From Spirochaetia bacterium (GTDB lineage: Bacteria > Spirochaetota > Spirochaetia > CAKZLE01): 64,000 bases of DNA. A program made the position numbers and the translations under genes. The stretch is taken from assembly GCA_963677595.1 (NCBI GenBank), contig OY782041.1:224001-288000 (forward strand). The letters run 5' to 3'. Numbering within the stretch: the first letter of the stretch is position 1; each line of letters starts with the position of its first letter. This document shows, piece by piece, positions 9,025 to 19,420 of this stretch. The notes under the pieces were generated by a model. The model was not told the DNA's origin. It was given only the letters and a program-made list of their open reading frames with translations, and made no database searches.

Positions 9025-9785
9025 ACTTCACCCCCGCGCCGTTTTCTCATGATCCTGACCCCGCCGTCAAAGAGCAGGTCGCTCAATGCGTTGAGCAGTA
9101 TCGCGACAATCGTCCACCCCATCACCGTTGCCGTCTCCAGGTTGATCTGGGCATACTGCATGGCAGAGCCCACCCCGTGCTTCGGGACGGTCAGGACCTC
9201 CGCGGCGATGACCACCTTCCAGGTCATCCCCAGGGCGCCTTTCGCCCCGGCGATGATGAACGGCAGCATCGAGGGTATCGTGATATGAAACAGCGACTGC
9301 CATCGGTCCAGTCCATAGACCCTGCCCATCTGGATGAGCTTCGCATCCCGTTTCTCCATGCCGACGAGCAGGTTCTGGTAGAGGACCGGGAAGCCCATGA
9401 GGAAGGCAGAGAAGACGGGGACCGTACCGGTCTTGAACCAGATGAAGGCCAGCAGGATGATCGCCATCACGGGAGTCGCCTTGATGACGGAGAGCACCGG
9501 GCGCATGACGGCGCTCACGGTCCGGCTCTGGCCGCCGAGCAGCCCGAGGACGAGCCCTGAAGCCATGATGATGAGGAAGCTGCGCAGCGCACGGGCCACA
9601 GTCGCGCCGATCGCGACCCAGGAGTCGGGGTTTGAGAAGAACGAGAGGAACTCTCCCAGTACCGAGACCGGTTCCGGGAGAATGATCGGTATGCCCATTA
9701 CGACGGCAGCAGCCTGCCAGATCCCCAGCAGGATGACTACCGTGAGGGCTGTTACCAGACTAGTTCGCCATATAGAATGCTTCAT
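9021..9785 (-). CDS. NitT/TauT-family ABC transporter permease
   Basis: 'ILPEP', 'WKVVIAAEVL', TM helices. Confidence 0.9.
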   Translation of the reverse strand: MKHSIWRTSLVTALTVVILLGIWQAAAVVMGIPIILPEPVSVLGEFLSFFSNPDSWVAIGATVARALRSFLIIMASGLVLGLLGGQSRTVSAVMRPVLSVIKATPVMAIILLAFIWFKTGTVPVFSAFLMGFPVLYQNLLVGMEKRDAKLIQMGRVYGLDRWQSLFHITIPSMLPFIIAGAKGALGMTWKVVIAAEVLTVPKHGVGSAMQYAQINLETATVMGWTIVAILLNALSDLLFDGGVRIMRKRRGGEV

Positions 9786-10845
9786 CCGGGAGTGACCCTC
9801 CTATAGAAGCAGGTGCATACTCTTTCAGGACTTCAAGGTAGGCCTCTATCGAAGCCCTTGCGTCTGCTGCGTCGATATAGACGAGGTTGCAGTTCGGGAT
9901 CGCCGGCTGGGCAAGAGCAGCAGTGAGGATCTCATGCTTCTCGATGAGTGCAGCTGCATCAGCAGGATTGGCATTCACCCAGTCGATCGAGTTCTCCACT
10001 GCCATCCTGATCACCCGTACGACCTCAGGGTGTTCTGAAGCGAACGCACCCCTGATCAGCAGTGCTGTCATCGGATAGGTCGAGGTCCCGGTGATCGATG
10101 ACCACTCCTCCTGGAAGTCCAGGACTCGCCGTACTGCCTCACTCTTGGACTCAGCCATCGTTGCGAAGGGTTCCGGGAGTACGGCGGTCGTCACCTTGCC
10201 GGCGATCAGCATCTGTGTCAGCTGTGCCGCGACGTTCAGGGAGAAGTCGAACTCGACATCCTCACCGACGGCAAGGCCGTTCTTCTCGAGGACGAACTTC
10301 GGCACATACTCAGGTGTGGATCCCGCTCCGGGGATGTTCACGCTCTTACCGGAGAGGCTTGCCGCCTGGTCGGTAACTGCCGGATCAGAACTCATCAGGT
10401 AGAGCATCCCCTCCCCGGTGACTGCCGCCAGCTTCACGTCGATCCCCTTGTTGTAGATCGAGGAGGCTGCATTGACCGGCATCGCTACCACATCCAGCTC
10501 CCCCGAGGCAAGCCGTGCGATCGCCTCAGTCGGCGAAGGCAGCACCTGGGATTCTACCGAGATGCCGTCCACCAGGTCCGGTCCCTCCTCGATCAGCTTC
10601 ACGTATCCGAAGCCTGTCGGTCCCTTGAAGACCGCGAGATTGACCTGTACCGTCCCTGCAGGACTGGCTGCTGCCTCAGGCGCGGCCGGTGCCTCCACGA
10701 CTGCGGGCTCCTCCGCAGGGGCTGCCGGTGCCTCGACTGCGGGGGCCGGCTCTTCCTTGGCTTCCTGGGCACCCCTGGCAAAAAGGGTTCCGGCAGAGAC
10801 CAGCATCAGTACCATAAGTACTGACAGTATCTTAGCTATTCTCAT
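9760..10845 (-). CDS. NitT/TauT-family ABC substrate-binding protein
   Basis: Signal peptide ('LFARGAQE'), Ala/Pro/Glu linker, 'KGPTGFG', 'AVLPEPF', 'IPNCNL', 'GGSLPDEAFY'; start at ATG after GAGGAG. Confidence 0.88.
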   Translation of the reverse strand: MRIAKILSVLMVLMLVSAGTLFARGAQEAKEEPAPAVEAPAAPAEEPAVVEAPAAPEAAASPAGTVQVNLAVFKGPTGFGYVKLIEEGPDLVDGISVESQVLPSPTEAIARLASGELDVVAMPVNAASSIYNKGIDVKLAAVTGEGMLYLMSSDPAVTDQAASLSGKSVNIPGAGSTPEYVPKFVLEKNGLAVGEDVEFDFSLNVAAQLTQMLIAGKVTTAVLPEPFATMAESKSEAVRRVLDFQEEWSSITGTSTYPMTALLIRGAFASEHPEVVRVIRMAVENSIDWVNANPADAAALIEKHEILTAALAQPAIPNCNLVYIDAADARASIEAYLEVLKEYAPASIGGSLPDEAFYMAN

Positions 10846-10864
10846 AGTGTTCTCCTCAATTCTC

Positions 10865-12121
10865 TCAATCGGTGATGACGACCCGGAAGTACCGTTTCTT
10901 ACCGGCCCTGAGAAGCAGTTCCCCGTCCTCGGAGCTGGACGCATCGATCACAGCGTCTATGGCGGTGATCTTGACGTCATTGACGACAGCACCGCCCTGC
11001 TGGACGAGCCGTCGTGCATCACTCTTCGTCTTGCAGAGTTCGGTCCTGGCGAACAGGTCCATGACATTGATCCCGGCAGCGAGTTCTGCCCTCGGGATCT
11101 CCACAGACGGGATTGCCTCCTTGTCGAGGGACGCTCCCCCGCCCTGGGTCGAGAAGGCCGCCCTGGCAGCCTCCAGTGCCTTGTCAGCCTCTTCCTTCCC
11201 ATGGATGATCTTCGTCTGCTCGTATGCAAGGATCTCCTTGGCTTTGTTGACCTCCTGGTCCTTCAGCTTGGCAAGTTCATTGATCTCCTCGAGGGGGAGG
11301 AAGGTGAACATCTTCAGGAACTTCACGACATCGGCATCGGCGACATTCCGCCAGTACTGGAAGAAGTCATAGGGGCTGAAGAGCTCCGCAGAGAGGAACA
11401 CTGCCCCCTTCTCGGTCTTGCCCATCTTCTTGCCGTCCGACCTGGTCACCAGCGGGAAGGTCAGTCCGTAGACCTCCTCACGCTCGCAGCGCCGGGTAAG
11501 CTCGACGCCTGCCACGATGTTCCCCCACTGGTCGTCCCCGCCCATCTGGAGGCGGCACCCCTCGTCCCTGAAGAGGGTGAGGAAGTCGAAAGACTGCAGC
11601 AGCTGGTAGTTGAACTCGATGAAGGAGAGCCCCTTCTCCAGCCGCTGCTTATAGGACTCGAAGGTGAGCATCTTGTTCACGGAGAAGTGCTTCCCGATGT
11701 CACGGAGGAACTCGATGTAGTTGAGTCCCCCGAGCCAGTCATAGTTGTTGAGCATGACGGCCTTGCCTTCTGCCCGGTCAGGGTCGAAGTCGACGACGGT
11801 GCCGAGCTGTACCTTGATTGCCTCCGAGTTGCTGCGGATCTGCTCGATGGTGAGCATCTTCCTCATCTCGGTCTTCCCCGAGGGGTCGCCGATCATCGAG
11901 GTGCCGCCGCCCACGAGGGCGATCGGGTTGTGCCCTGCCTCCTGCATGTGGTGCATGGCGAAGAACGGCACCATATGCCCGATATGGAGGCTGTTCCCGG
12001 TCGGGTCTACCCCGACATAGAACTTGACGGGGCCCGCCTCCATCAGCTTGTCCAGTGCCTCGATATCGGTGCACTGTTTTATGAAACCACGGTCCTGAAG
12101 GACCTGTAATGCTTTGTTCAT
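10865..12121 (-). CDS. tyrS: Tyrosine--tRNA ligase
   Basis: 'DPTGNSLHIGH', 'QMGGDDQWGNI', 'KMGKT', C-terminal S4 domain. Confidence 0.98.
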   Translation of the reverse strand: MNKALQVLQDRGFIKQCTDIEALDKLMEAGPVKFYVGVDPTGNSLHIGHMVPFFAMHHMQEAGHNPIALVGGGTSMIGDPSGKTEMRKMLTIEQIRSNSEAIKVQLGTVVDFDPDRAEGKAVMLNNYDWLGGLNYIEFLRDIGKHFSVNKMLTFESYKQRLEKGLSFIEFNYQLLQSFDFLTLFRDEGCRLQMGGDDQWGNIVAGVELTRRCEREEVYGLTFPLVTRSDGKKMGKTEKGAVFLSAELFSPYDFFQYWRNVADADVVKFLKMFTFLPLEEINELAKLKDQEVNKAKEILAYEQTKIIHGKEEADKALEAARAAFSTQGGGASLDKEAIPSVEIPRAELAAGINVMDLFARTELCKTKSDARRLVQQGGAVVNDVKITAIDAVIDASSSEDGELLLRAGKKRYFRVVITD

Positions 12122-12138
12122 CCTAAGAATATCTCCAG

Positions 12139-13464
12139 TTACGCTCGTTTGTATGCCTTGATCGCTTCCCTCATGGTCTGTGCCAGCTCAGCGATGGGAA
12201 CGCGGATCTGCTCCATCGAATCCCTGAAACGCAGGGTCACCGTCTGATCGTCCTTGCTCTGGTAGTCGACGGTGATGCAGAACGGTGTCCCGATCTCGTC
12301 CATCCTCCGGTACCTCCTGCCGATTGCACCCGACTGGTCATAGAAGGTGGCGAAATCCTGGCGGAGCTCCTTCTCGATCCCGGATGCGAGGTCGGCGATC
12401 CCGTCCTTCTTCACCAGCGGCAGCACGGCAACCGTGACCGGGGCGACCTCCGGGTGGAAGTGCATGACGACACGGGTGTCGCCGCCCTCGAGCTCCTGCT
12501 CCTCATAGGCATCGGAGAGGACCATGAGCACTGACCGGGTAAGGCCTGCCGAGGTCTCGATGACATAGGGGACATACCGGGTGTTGTCCACCGGGTCAAG
12601 GTACTGCATATCCTTGCCGGAGTACTCCTGGTGGCGTCCGAGGTCGAAGTCGGTCCTTGAGTGGATCCCCTCCAGCTCCTGCCAGCCCATCGGGAACTCG
12701 AACTCGATATCGAAGGCATCCTTCGCATAATGGGCGAGCTCGTTCTCACCATGCTGGTGGAACCTGAGCTTGTCCTTCCTGATCCCGAGCTTGTCGTAAT
12801 AGCTGATCCGGGAGTTCTTCCAGTAATCGAACCACTGCTCGTCATCACCGGGGCGGACGAAGAACTGCATCTCCATCTGTTCGAACTCGCAGGTCCTGAA
12901 GATGAAGTTCTTCGTGGTGACCTCATTCCTGAACGCCTTCCCTACCTGGGCGATCCCGAAGGGGACTTTGACCCTCGAGGTCTGCACGACGTTCTTGAAG
13001 TTCGCGAAGATCCCCTGGGCCGTCTCAGGCCGCAGGTAGACGATACTCGAGTCATCCTTCACCGGCCCGAGATGGGTCGAGAACATGAGGTTGAACTCCC
13101 TCGGCTCAGTGAAGGTCCCCTTGCTCCCGCAGACGGGACAGGGTGCCTCGAGGTCGATGTGGTCAGCCCTGAACCGGCTCTTGCACTGCCGGCAGTCGAC
13201 CATCGGGTCGGTGAAGTTCGCGACATGGCCGGAAGCCTCCCATACCCGGGGGTGCATCATGATAGCTGCATCGAGTCCCACGATATTGTCATGGAGCTGC
13301 GTCATCTCCTTCCACCAGAAATCCCTGACCCGGTTCTTGAGTTCCACACCGAGTGGACCGTAGTCCCAGGCCCCAGAGAGCCCCCCGTAGATCTCACTTG
13401 ACTGATATACGAACCCTCTCCTCTTGCAGAGAGAGACGATCTTTTCCATCGTTACGTTTCCCAT
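12139..13464 (-). CDS. glyS: Glycine--tRNA ligase (homodimeric type)
   Basis: 'YLRPETAQGIF', 'GKAFRNE', 'EFEQMEMQ', 'IGRRYRRMDEIGTP'. Confidence 0.97.
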   Translation of the reverse strand: MGNVTMEKIVSLCKRRGFVYQSSEIYGGLSGAWDYGPLGVELKNRVRDFWWKEMTQLHDNIVGLDAAIMMHPRVWEASGHVANFTDPMVDCRQCKSRFRADHIDLEAPCPVCGSKGTFTEPREFNLMFSTHLGPVKDDSSIVYLRPETAQGIFANFKNVVQTSRVKVPFGIAQVGKAFRNEVTTKNFIFRTCEFEQMEMQFFVRPGDDEQWFDYWKNSRISYYDKLGIRKDKLRFHQHGENELAHYAKDAFDIEFEFPMGWQELEGIHSRTDFDLGRHQEYSGKDMQYLDPVDNTRYVPYVIETSAGLTRSVLMVLSDAYEEQELEGGDTRVVMHFHPEVAPVTVAVLPLVKKDGIADLASGIEKELRQDFATFYDQSGAIGRRYRRMDEIGTPFCITVDYQSKDDQTVTLRFRDSMEQIRVPIAELAQTMREAIKAYKRA

Positions 13465-14945
13465 TATTCTCCTACCTCTTGTGTTATCTGTGTTATCGCC
13501 CGGTCAAGGCGTGCTAACGTCGTCTCCAACCCGACGAGCCTGATCGACTCGAAGAGCGGCGGTGAGATCGAGGACCCGGTGACGGCTACCCGCAGGGGCA
13601 TCAGCACGGCACCTAGCTTTACTTCGAGCGCCTCTGCGGCAGTTCGGTACTCCTCCTCGAGAGTCTCATCATCCTTGTCGCCCATCGCCTCGATGAGCTC
13701 CCTTCCCTTCTTCAGGATCTCACACGTCTTCTCAAGACTCGTCTTCTTCGGTATGAGCGCCTCGTTCGCGGGAGTCTCGATCTCGCAGAAGAGGAACTTC
13801 GTCATCGCGCTGACGTCGCTGAGCAGCTTCAGCCGCTCGGCGATGATCGGGATCATCCTGGTGATGGTCGCCTCCTGCTCATCAGTCGGGGGATCTGCGA
13901 CGATCCCGTCCCGGACGAGGAACGGCACGAGGAGGTCCCGGAGCTCAAGGTAACTCTTCTGCCTGATGTACTGGCCGTTGAACCAGAGCAGCTTCTTGTA
14001 ATCGAAGACACCCGGAGCCTTGTTGATCTTCTCCAGGGTGAACACCTTCTCGAGCTCCTCCCGCGTGAAGAACTCGGTCTTGTCATCGAAGGACCAGCCG
14101 AGCAGGCTGATGTAGTTGAGCACAGCCTCAGGCAGGTATCCCTGGTCACGGAAGTCCCGCACAGCAGTCGAACCGTGGCGCTTGGAGAGTTTCTGGCCGT
14201 CCTTGCCCATGACCATGGGAAGGTGGCAGTACTTCGGGGGCTCCCAGCCGAACGCCTCATAGAGCAGGATATGCAGCGGCCCTGAGGGGATCCACTCCTG
14301 TGCCCGCATGATATGGGTGATGCCCATGAAGTGGTCATCGATCACATTTGCGAGATGGTAGGTCGGGAACCCGTCTGACTTGAGGAGCACGGGGTCGGGA
14401 CTCACGTCCTTGTTCTTCCGCGTGATGTCACCCATGAGCTCATCATGGAAGGTGGTCTTCCCGTCGAAGGGGACCTTCAGCCGGATCACGCGGGAGAGCC
14501 CTGCTGCCTCATTGGCAGCAATCTGCTCGGCAGTGAGGTCACGGCAGCGGCGGTCATACCCCTGGTTCTTGCTCTTGCTCTTCTGCTGCTCTACCCGCAG
14601 GTCGGCAAGCCGTTCCGGGGTGCAGTAGCAGTAGTAGGCCTTCCCGTCATCGACGAGCTTCTGTGCATACTCCTTGTAGAGGTCGAACCGCTCAGACTGG
14701 ATATAGGGACCAACATCCCCGCCCTTCTCGGGGCCTTCATCCCAGTCGATCCCGAGCCACTCCAGGGTGGAGTAGAGGTCATCCAGCGCCTCCTGGTGGG
14801 ATCGCTCCTGATCGGTATCCTCGATCCGCAGGATGAACGACCCGCCGTTGGCACGTGCGAAGAAATAGTTGAACACAGCAGTCCTGACCCCGCCTATATG
14901 CTGGAGGCCGGTCGGGGACGGTGCATATCGTACACGAACACTCAT
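13464..14945 (-). CDS. gltX: Glutamate--tRNA ligase
   Basis: 'RYAPSPTGLQHIGG', 'LRIEDTD', 'KLSKRHG'. Confidence 0.98.
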   Translation of the reverse strand: MSVRVRYAPSPTGLQHIGGVRTAVFNYFFARANGGSFILRIEDTDQERSHQEALDDLYSTLEWLGIDWDEGPEKGGDVGPYIQSERFDLYKEYAQKLVDDGKAYYCYCTPERLADLRVEQQKSKSKNQGYDRRCRDLTAEQIAANEAAGLSRVIRLKVPFDGKTTFHDELMGDITRKNKDVSPDPVLLKSDGFPTYHLANVIDDHFMGITHIMRAQEWIPSGPLHILLYEAFGWEPPKYCHLPMVMGKDGQKLSKRHGSTAVRDFRDQGYLPEAVLNYISLLGWSFDDKTEFFTREELEKVFTLEKINKAPGVFDYKKLLWFNGQYIRQKSYLELRDLLVPFLVRDGIVADPPTDEQEATITRMIPIIAERLKLLSDVSAMTKFLFCEIETPANEALIPKKTSLEKTCEILKKGRELIEAMGDKDDETLEEEYRTAAEALEVKLGAVLMPLRVAVTGSSISPPLFESIRLVGLETTLARLDRAITQITQEVGE

Positions 14946-15145
14946 AACACATCCTTACCATCAATCTTGATTTCACGGCTCTCATCGGTATTTCATGGGA
15001 ACACATGAATTTCACTGTTGTTATTGCTATAGGTTATACTCAATTCCCCGCCTTTTTACAACAAGGAACAGCGCTTTCCTATAGTAGCAAATAAAATAAA
15101 CCTATGATAGACTTCCAGGACACATCAACGTTGATAGAGGTCATC

Positions 15146-16366
15146 ATGACACAGAGATCGCTGATCATCACCTTCGGGATCCACCAGGCCCTTCACTGGC
15201 TCTCACTCGGCATACTGATCCCGGTCCTCGTACTCATCCAGCAGGCTAAGGGACTCTCCCTCCTCGAGGTCGGGAGTGTCATGGCTGTCTACGGGATCGT
15301 GGTCATCCTTCTTGAGGTTCCCACCGGATCCCTGGCCGACCTCCACGGGAGGAAGCGAATCTACCTGATCGCCACAGCTGTGAACCTCCTTTCGACCTCC
15401 ATGCTGCTCTTCGTCTCATCCTTCTCCGGTGTCATGGCAGCCCTCATCGTCTACGGTATCTCCCGTGCCCTGAACTCAGGCTCGATGGATGCATGGTTCG
15501 TCGATGAGTTCAACAGGGTCTCCCCTGACGGGAACCTCCAGAGAGCCCTTGCGGTCATAGAAGTAGCCGTACTCATCGCGCTGGGGATCGGGTCCCTCCT
15601 CGGGGGGTATCTCCCCGACGGGATCGGGGCCATCCTTGAACCATACCGACTGCTTGACCGCTACAGCGGGAACATCCTCGCAGCACTGGGCATCATGCTC
15701 CTGCAGCTGTGTTATACCGCATCGGTCATCCGGGAGCATGAGCTGCCGCAGGCAGAGAGACGCAGCATGGCTTCCCAGCTGGCAGCATCGTTCAAGTTCA
15801 GCATCTCCCACCGCACGATCCTCCTCCTGCTGCTTACGACCCTTACGCTCGGGATCGGGTTCTCCACAATGGAGACCTTCTGGCAGCCGAGGGTTCGGGA
15901 GATCGGGGGAGAGGGCCTTCCCTCCCTGACCTTCGGCATCCTCTCAGCCGGCTACTTCATCGCTGCAGCGATAGGGTCCCTGGTGATCATACCGATCGCA
16001 CGGCGCTTCAAGGATGCATACCCCAGGCTACTGGCCCTGACCAGAATCCTCTTCGGCATCGGGTTCATCATGCTTGCCCGGCAGAGCGGCCTCTACTCCT
16101 TCGCCTGCTGGTATTTCATCCTCTTCAGCTTCAACGGGGCTTCTTCCTCCCCCCATAACGCACTGCTCAACAGCAAGGTCCCTTCAGAGAAGCGCTCCAC
16201 GATCCTCTCGCTCTCCTCCCTGGCCCTGCAGGCCGGCGGCGCGATCGGATCACTGGCAGGGGGGATCATCTCGGAGCGTTTCGGCATCCCTGTCACCTGG
16301 GTCGCGGCAGGGATCCTGCTCATCCTCTCCTCAGGGCTCTACCTTGCAGTCCGCACCAACGACTGA
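15146..16366 (+). CDS. MFS transporter
   Basis: 'LEVPTGSLADLHGRKR', 'SGSMDAW', about 12 TM segments; start could be 15104. Confidence 0.88.
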   Translation: MTQRSLIITFGIHQALHWLSLGILIPVLVLIQQAKGLSLLEVGSVMAVYGIVVILLEVPTGSLADLHGRKRIYLIATAVNLLSTSMLLFVSSFSGVMAALIVYGISRALNSGSMDAWFVDEFNRVSPDGNLQRALAVIEVAVLIALGIGSLLGGYLPDGIGAILEPYRLLDRYSGNILAALGIMLLQLCYTASVIREHELPQAERRSMASQLAASFKFSISHRTILLLLLTTLTLGIGFSTMETFWQPRVREIGGEGLPSLTFGILSAGYFIAAAIGSLVIIPIARRFKDAYPRLLALTRILFGIGFIMLARQSGLYSFACWYFILFSFNGASSSPHNALLNSKVPSEKRSTILSLSSLALQAGGAIGSLAGGIISERFGIPVTWVAAGILLILSSGLYLAVRTND

Positions 16367-16921
16367 TTCGATGAAGTAGCGATGGAAACGACCATCCGTG
16401 GTAAGCTCGGGATGGAAAGTCGTCACGAGGATGTGCGCCTGCCTGCAGGCGACGGGATGCCCCTGCCAGCTGCTTAAGACCGCTACCCCTTTCCCGGTCT
16501 CAATGATCCTCGGGGCCCGTATGAACACTGCCGGGAACGCATCACCGACCCCTTTCACCGAGACTACTGCCCTGAAGCTGGACAGCTGTCCCCCGTAGGA
16601 ATTCCTCTCGATCGTGTAATCGGCAGCATGAAGGATGGGCTCCTGTCCGGTGATCCTGCCTGCCAGCAGGATCGCCCCGGCACAGGTCCCCCATACGGGC
16701 ATACCTTCGCAGATCCGCTGCCTCAGCCGTTCGAGCAGGCCGAGCCGACCGAGGAGCCGGTAGTGGGCCGGGCTCTCACCCCCGGGAAGGATGAGGGCAT
16801 CAGCCTCCTCCAGTTCCGCAAGGGTCCGGACAGGCAGGGTCCTGACGTTCAGGGCCCTGAGCATGCTCAGGTGCTCTTCGACACCGCCCTGGAGGGCAAG
16901 GACTCCAATGAGGGGTCCCAT
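16331..16921 (-). CDS. pdxT: PLP synthase glutaminase subunit
   Basis: 'IGVLALQG', 'LPGGES', 'GTCAG', 'FIRAP', 'FHPELT'. Confidence 0.95.
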   Translation of the reverse strand: MGPLIGVLALQGGVEEHLSMLRALNVRTLPVRTLAELEEADALILPGGESPAHYRLLGRLGLLERLRQRICEGMPVWGTCAGAILLAGRITGQEPILHAADYTIERNSYGGQLSSFRAVVSVKGVGDAFPAVFIRAPRIIETGKGVAVLSSWQGHPVACRQAHILVTTFHPELTTDGRFHRYFIESVVGADCKVEP

Positions 16922-16922
16922 G

Positions 16923-17801
16923 CTACCAGCCCCTGGCCGCATAGTGCTCCCCACTGCCTAATTGTGAGATCTCACAGCCGCGCATGGCTTCCCCGAGCCC
17001 TCTCGAGACCTCAGCCACGGCCGCCGCATCGGTATACTGCGCCACAGCCAGGACGATAGCCCTCGCCCGTCGCGCCGGGTCCTCCGAGGTGAAGATCCCG
17101 GAACCGACGAAGACTCCCTCGCTGCCGAGATGCATCATCAGTGCGGCATCCGCAGGCGTTGCGATACCGCCTGCGGCGAAGTTGACCACGGGAAGCTTAC
17201 CGGTCTCTGCGACTTCACAGACCAGCTGGTAGGGAGCACCGAGCTCCTTGGCGGCACTCATCAGCTCCTCACGGCCCTTCCCTCGAAGAGCGCGTATCTG
17301 GCTGGAGATCATCCGCTGGTGCCTGACTGCCTCCACGATGTTCCCGGTACCGGCCTCGCCCTTCGTCCTGATCATGCTCGCACCTTCCCCGATCCTCCGC
17401 AGAGCTTCCCCGAGGTCCCGGGCACCGCAAACGAAGGGTATCCTGAATGCGTGCTTGTCGATGTGGTACTGGTCATCCGCAGGGGTGAGGACCTCGCTCT
17501 CATCGATATAGTCGATCTCGAGGGCCTCGAGGATCCTCGCCTCGACGATATGGCCGATCCGGGCCTTCGCCATGACCGGGATCGAGACAGCATCCCGTAT
17601 CTCGGTGATCATCTGAGGATCGGACATCCGGGCGACCCCGCCGGCCTTCCTGATCTCTGAGGGGACCCGTTCCAGCGCCATGACGGCAACAGCCCCTGCT
17701 TCTTCCGCTATCCTTGCCTGCTCGACATTCACCACATCCATGATCACCCCGCCCTTGAGCATCTTCGCGAGATCCCTGTTCAATCCTGCCTGTTCGTTCA
17801 T
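16923..17801 (-). CDS. pdxS: PLP synthase lyase subunit
   Basis: '[10 protein letters not shown]', 'VMAKARIGH', '[10 protein letters not shown]', '[13 protein letters not shown]'. Confidence 0.97.
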   Translation of the reverse strand: MNEQAGLNRDLAKMLKGGVIMDVVNVEQARIAEEAGAVAVMALERVPSEIRKAGGVARMSDPQMITEIRDAVSIPVMAKARIGHIVEARILEALEIDYIDESEVLTPADDQYHIDKHAFRIPFVCGARDLGEALRRIGEGASMIRTKGEAGTGNIVEAVRHQRMISSQIRALRGKGREELMSAAKELGAPYQLVCEVAETGKLPVVNFAAGGIATPADAALMMHLGSEGVFVGSGIFTSEDPARRARAIVLAVAQYTDAAAVAEVSRGLGEAMRGCEISQLGSGEHYAARGW

Positions 17802-17816
17802 CTCCATCTCCTTGAC

Positions 17817-17828
17817 TGTATCGATACA
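17817..17828. promoter_or_regulatory. Candidate PdxR operator palindrome TGTATCGATACA
   Basis: Perfect 12-bp palindrome between divergent pdxS and the MocR regulator. Confidence 0.6.
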
Positions 17829-17903
17829 ATTTACTAAAATACATATAGCATACCGGAACAATAGATCCCGATTACGGTATAGTCAATCAGCGAGGTGGTA
17901 CAA

Positions 17904-19412
17904 ATGGAAGAAAGTAATATCGTACCGATACAGTTTAGCGGCACCCTGCCGAAATACCGGCAGGTCTATGCAGGGTACCGGGAGTGCATCGAGTCAGGCT
18001 CGATCCTTCCGGGTGAGCGGCTCCCCTCGATCAGGAAGTTGGCAACCGGGCTCGGGGTGAACACGGTCACGGTGGTAAAGGCCTTCGACCTGCTCGAGGC
18101 AGACGGCCTCGTCGAGAAACGGGCGGGTTCCGGGGTATTCGCTGGCAGGCCTGCAGGTCCGAGGCCTGCTCCAACGGAGGCCCTGCAGGATGAGGAACTC
18201 TTCGAGGATGACGAGATCAGCCTCATGCAGCAGGGGTCCATCTACATCCCCGAAGAGGTCTGCAACCTCGCCACCTCCACCCCGACGGCAGGACTCTTCC
18301 CGATAACCCCCTTCCAAGAGGCGATCAACCGGGTCCTCGACCGGGACGGGGGGAATGCCTTTCTCTATGACGAGAGCAACGGGTACTATCCCCTCCGGCA
18401 GCACCTGTGTTCGCTACTGCAGGGGGACTATGGACTCACTATCCCCGCTGACCGGCTGCAGATCATCTCCGGGGCACAGCAGGGGCTCGATATAACGGCG
18501 AAAGCGCTCATCGCCCCGGGGGACTGCGTGCTCGTCGAGGACCCCTCCTATACCGGGGCCCTCGCGGTATTCCGTTCGCGGGGAGCGAATGTGGTCGGGA
18601 TCCCATTGCTCCCGGACGGTATAGACCTTGCGTTCCTTGAACAGGCAGTATCCCATTACCAGCCGAAAGCCCTGTACCTTATGCCCGACTTCCAGAACCC
18701 TACCGGCATCAGCTATGCTGATGAGAAACGGGAACGGCTGCTGGGAATTGCACGGGAGCACAATTTCTATATCATCGAGGATGACTATATCTCCGACCTC
18801 TATTACGCGAAACAGCGGGAACACCTTCCCCTGAAGATCTATGACAGGGAGGAGGATGAGCGGGTCATCTACATCAAGAGCTTTTCCAAGCTCATCATGC
18901 CCGGGCTCCGGCTCGGTTTTCTCACAGCTCCCGAGGCCCTCACCCACCAGCTGCTGAAGGCAAAACATCTCTCTGACATCTCCTCCTCTGCCTTCCTCCA
19001 GCGGGCTTTTGCCGAATACATGGGATCAGGGATCCTGGAAAGGCACCTCGAGAGCATCAGAGGAGTCTACCGGGAACGGTTCGGCCTCCTGGTACGTGCC
19101 GTCGAACAGCACCTCTCCAATTGGACTGAGTACCGGATAGCCCAGGGAGGGTTCAACCTCTGGCTGCAGCTCCCTGCCCATGTCTCAGCCCTCACCCTCT
19201 ACGGGAAGGCTGCGGCGGAGGGGATCCTCCTGACCCCGGGGAATGTCTTCCGGAGCGGGACGAGGGATTTCGATTCCTACATCCGCTTGAGCATCGCCGG
19301 GGTCAGCAACGAAGAGATCGATCCGGGGATCGCGGCCCTGGCACGGGTACTCCTGCCGCTGATGCACGCGAAAAAAAAGGACCGAACCGGCAGGTTCAGT
19401 CCCATTCTGTAA
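17904..19412 (+). CDS. MocR/GabR-family PLP-dependent regulator (PdxR-like)
   Basis: GntR wHTH 'LPSIRKLA...VNTVTV' plus aminotransferase domain 'FQNPTG', 'IIEDDY', 'SFSK...PGLRLG'; divergent from pdxST. Confidence 0.92.
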   Translation: MEESNIVPIQFSGTLPKYRQVYAGYRECIESGSILPGERLPSIRKLATGLGVNTVTVVKAFDLLEADGLVEKRAGSGVFAGRPAGPRPAPTEALQDEELFEDDEISLMQQGSIYIPEEVCNLATSTPTAGLFPITPFQEAINRVLDRDGGNAFLYDESNGYYPLRQHLCSLLQGDYGLTIPADRLQIISGAQQGLDITAKALIAPGDCVLVEDPSYTGALAVFRSRGANVVGIPLLPDGIDLAFLEQAVSHYQPKALYLMPDFQNPTGISYADEKRERLLGIAREHNFYIIEDDYISDLYYAKQREHLPLKIYDREEDERVIYIKSFSKLIMPGLRLGFLTAPEALTHQLLKAKHLSDISSSAFLQRAFAEYMGSGILERHLESIRGVYRERFGLLVRAVEQHLSNWTEYRIAQGGFNLWLQLPAHVSALTLYGKAAAEGILLTPGNVFRSGTRDFDSYIRLSIAGVSNEEIDPGIAALARVLLPLMHAKKKDRTGRFSPIL

Positions 19413-19420
19413 GCTGGTGT

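Noticed and set aside
10472-12109. 545-aa plus-strand ORF
   Set aside because: Antisense shadow of tyrS and the SBP gene; expected in GC-rich coding DNA; no motifs.
14946-15103. T-box leader before gltX-glyS-tyrS
   Set aside because: No T-box consensus or terminator/antiterminator seen; the region is short and shared with a divergent gene.
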